In this document: in pieces, positions 25,512 through 26,230 of the stretch
How the letters are laid out: every line of letters begins with the position of its first letter
Position numbering within the stretch: the stretch's first letter is position 1
DNA from: a virus
Lineage: Duplodnaviria; Caudoviricetes
IMG/VR virus record: IMGVR_UViG_3300032221_000476
Location: 1 to 26,230 of that record
Length of the DNA stretch: 26,230 nt
Reading direction: 5' to 3' (one strand)
The notes under the pieces: model-generated
What the model was told of the DNA's origin: nothing
Databases searched by the model: none
Seen by the model: only the letters and a program-made list of their open reading frames with translations
Program-made: the position numbers and the translations under genes

Positions 25512-26230
25512 TGCTCCATGATAAGAACCGCCACTGCCACCACCGCCTCCGGTGTTAGCTCCGCCATTGCCGCCAAAACGAGCATGACCATCACTGTTTG
25601 TAGAATTACCACCTTGGTTTAATGCTTGTCCACCACCTCGACCATTTCCTAATCCCGGACCATATCCTGGACAAAAGTGAGCAGAGCCGCCGCCGCCTCC
25701 ACCAACGCCGCCGTCGCCGCCTCCGCCGTCGCAAATATGAGGACCACTAGCGCCGCCGCCTCCCCAATATAATACTTCACCGAAAATATCGTGAGCAATT
25801 CCAGGACCGCCGTGTGTAGCTTGTTGTTGATTTTCATCTTGTGAAGCTAGACCAGGACCTCCTGCTCCGCCACCACCACCACCGTTGTGGGTATTTTCAC
25901 CATCGTCATTAAATCTTACACCTGATCCACCTGGAAATCCTTGACCAGTTATGCCAGGACCACCTGCTACTCTAAATCTACTACCGTCTGCAGATGAGTT
26001 ACCACCACCGCCGCCACTTCCTCCAGGACGTCCCGGAGTTGTACTGTCCCAAGTACCGCCTGTTCCTCCGCCTGTTGCTGTTGTAACACCAAAAATAGAA
26101 TTGCCGCCTGCTGTAGCAGAGTTACCAGGACCACCGCCACCGACAGTTAATGGAATACCAACACCAGCAGTAACAGGGTAGGCACGATTATAAATCACTC
26201 CACCACCGCCGCCGCCACCACTCCAACTTG
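25479..26230 (-). CDS. Glycine-rich tail fibre/adhesin-like protein, paralogue C (5' end outside the window)
   Basis: Frame stays open to the window edge (...SWSGGGGGGVIYNRAYPV...), collinear with paralogues A and B, and ends GGSGIVIVRY. Confidence 0.75.
   Translation of the reverse strand, partial: SWSGGGGGGGVIYNRAYPVTAGVGIPLTVGGGGPGNSATAGGNSIFGVTTATGGGTGGTWDSTTPGRPGGSGGGGGNSSADGSRFRVAGGPGITGQGFPGGSGVRFNDDGENTHNGGGGGGAGGPGLASQDENQQQATHGGPGIAHDIFGEVLYWGGGGASGPHICDGGGGDGGVGGGGGGSAHFCPGYGPGLGNGRGGGQALNQGGNSTNSDGHARFGGNGGANTGGGGGSGGSYHGAGGSGIVIVRY

Noticed and set aside
23287-26181. Pro/His/Ala-rich ORFs overlapping the Gly-rich genes
   Set aside because: Expected by-products of GGN codon runs in other frames and strands.
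23183-26230. CRISPR array, diversity-generating retroelement or invertible shufflon in the repeat-rich region
   Set aside because: The repeats are Gly codon tracts and direct gene-junction repeats. No spacer periodicity, reverse transcriptase, adenine-specific TR/VR pair, invertase or inverted crossover sites seen in the window.
1-26230. Alternative genetic code (TAG/TGA recoding), tRNAs, introns/inteins
   Set aside because: Genes are full-length with TAA, TAG and TGA all used at sensible ends. Intergenic gaps are too short for RNA genes, and no intein or intron signatures were noticed.

Overview
Gene-dense segment of a large T4-like (myovirus/jumbo-type) bacteriophage genome, read in the standard genetic code. 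Left part (1-9012): virion structural genes, namely a truncated Ig/Calx-beta-like protein, a 1489-aa beta-propeller fibre/spike protein, a gp9/gp10-N-motif protein, gp14-like neck and gp15-like tail-completion proteins, plus a Nudix hydrolase. Next is a complete phage-encoded groES-groEL pair with a bidirectional terminator. Then comes an ~11.7-kb AT-rich enzyme island (11515-23186) with three flavin-dependent (tryptophan-halogenase-family) halogenases, ten 2OG-Fe(II) oxygenase-fold genes of about five subfamilies and one orphan. The island is bracketed by a tail-fibre assembly chaperone on the left and at least three tandem glycine-rich adhesin-like paralogues on the right, and is served by T4-late-type promoters (ATAARTA), several apparently leaderless. 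The leading hypothesis (inference) is a late-expressed halogenation/hydroxylation system that tailors virion or adhesin proteins. All family calls come from motif recognition by eye, with no database search.
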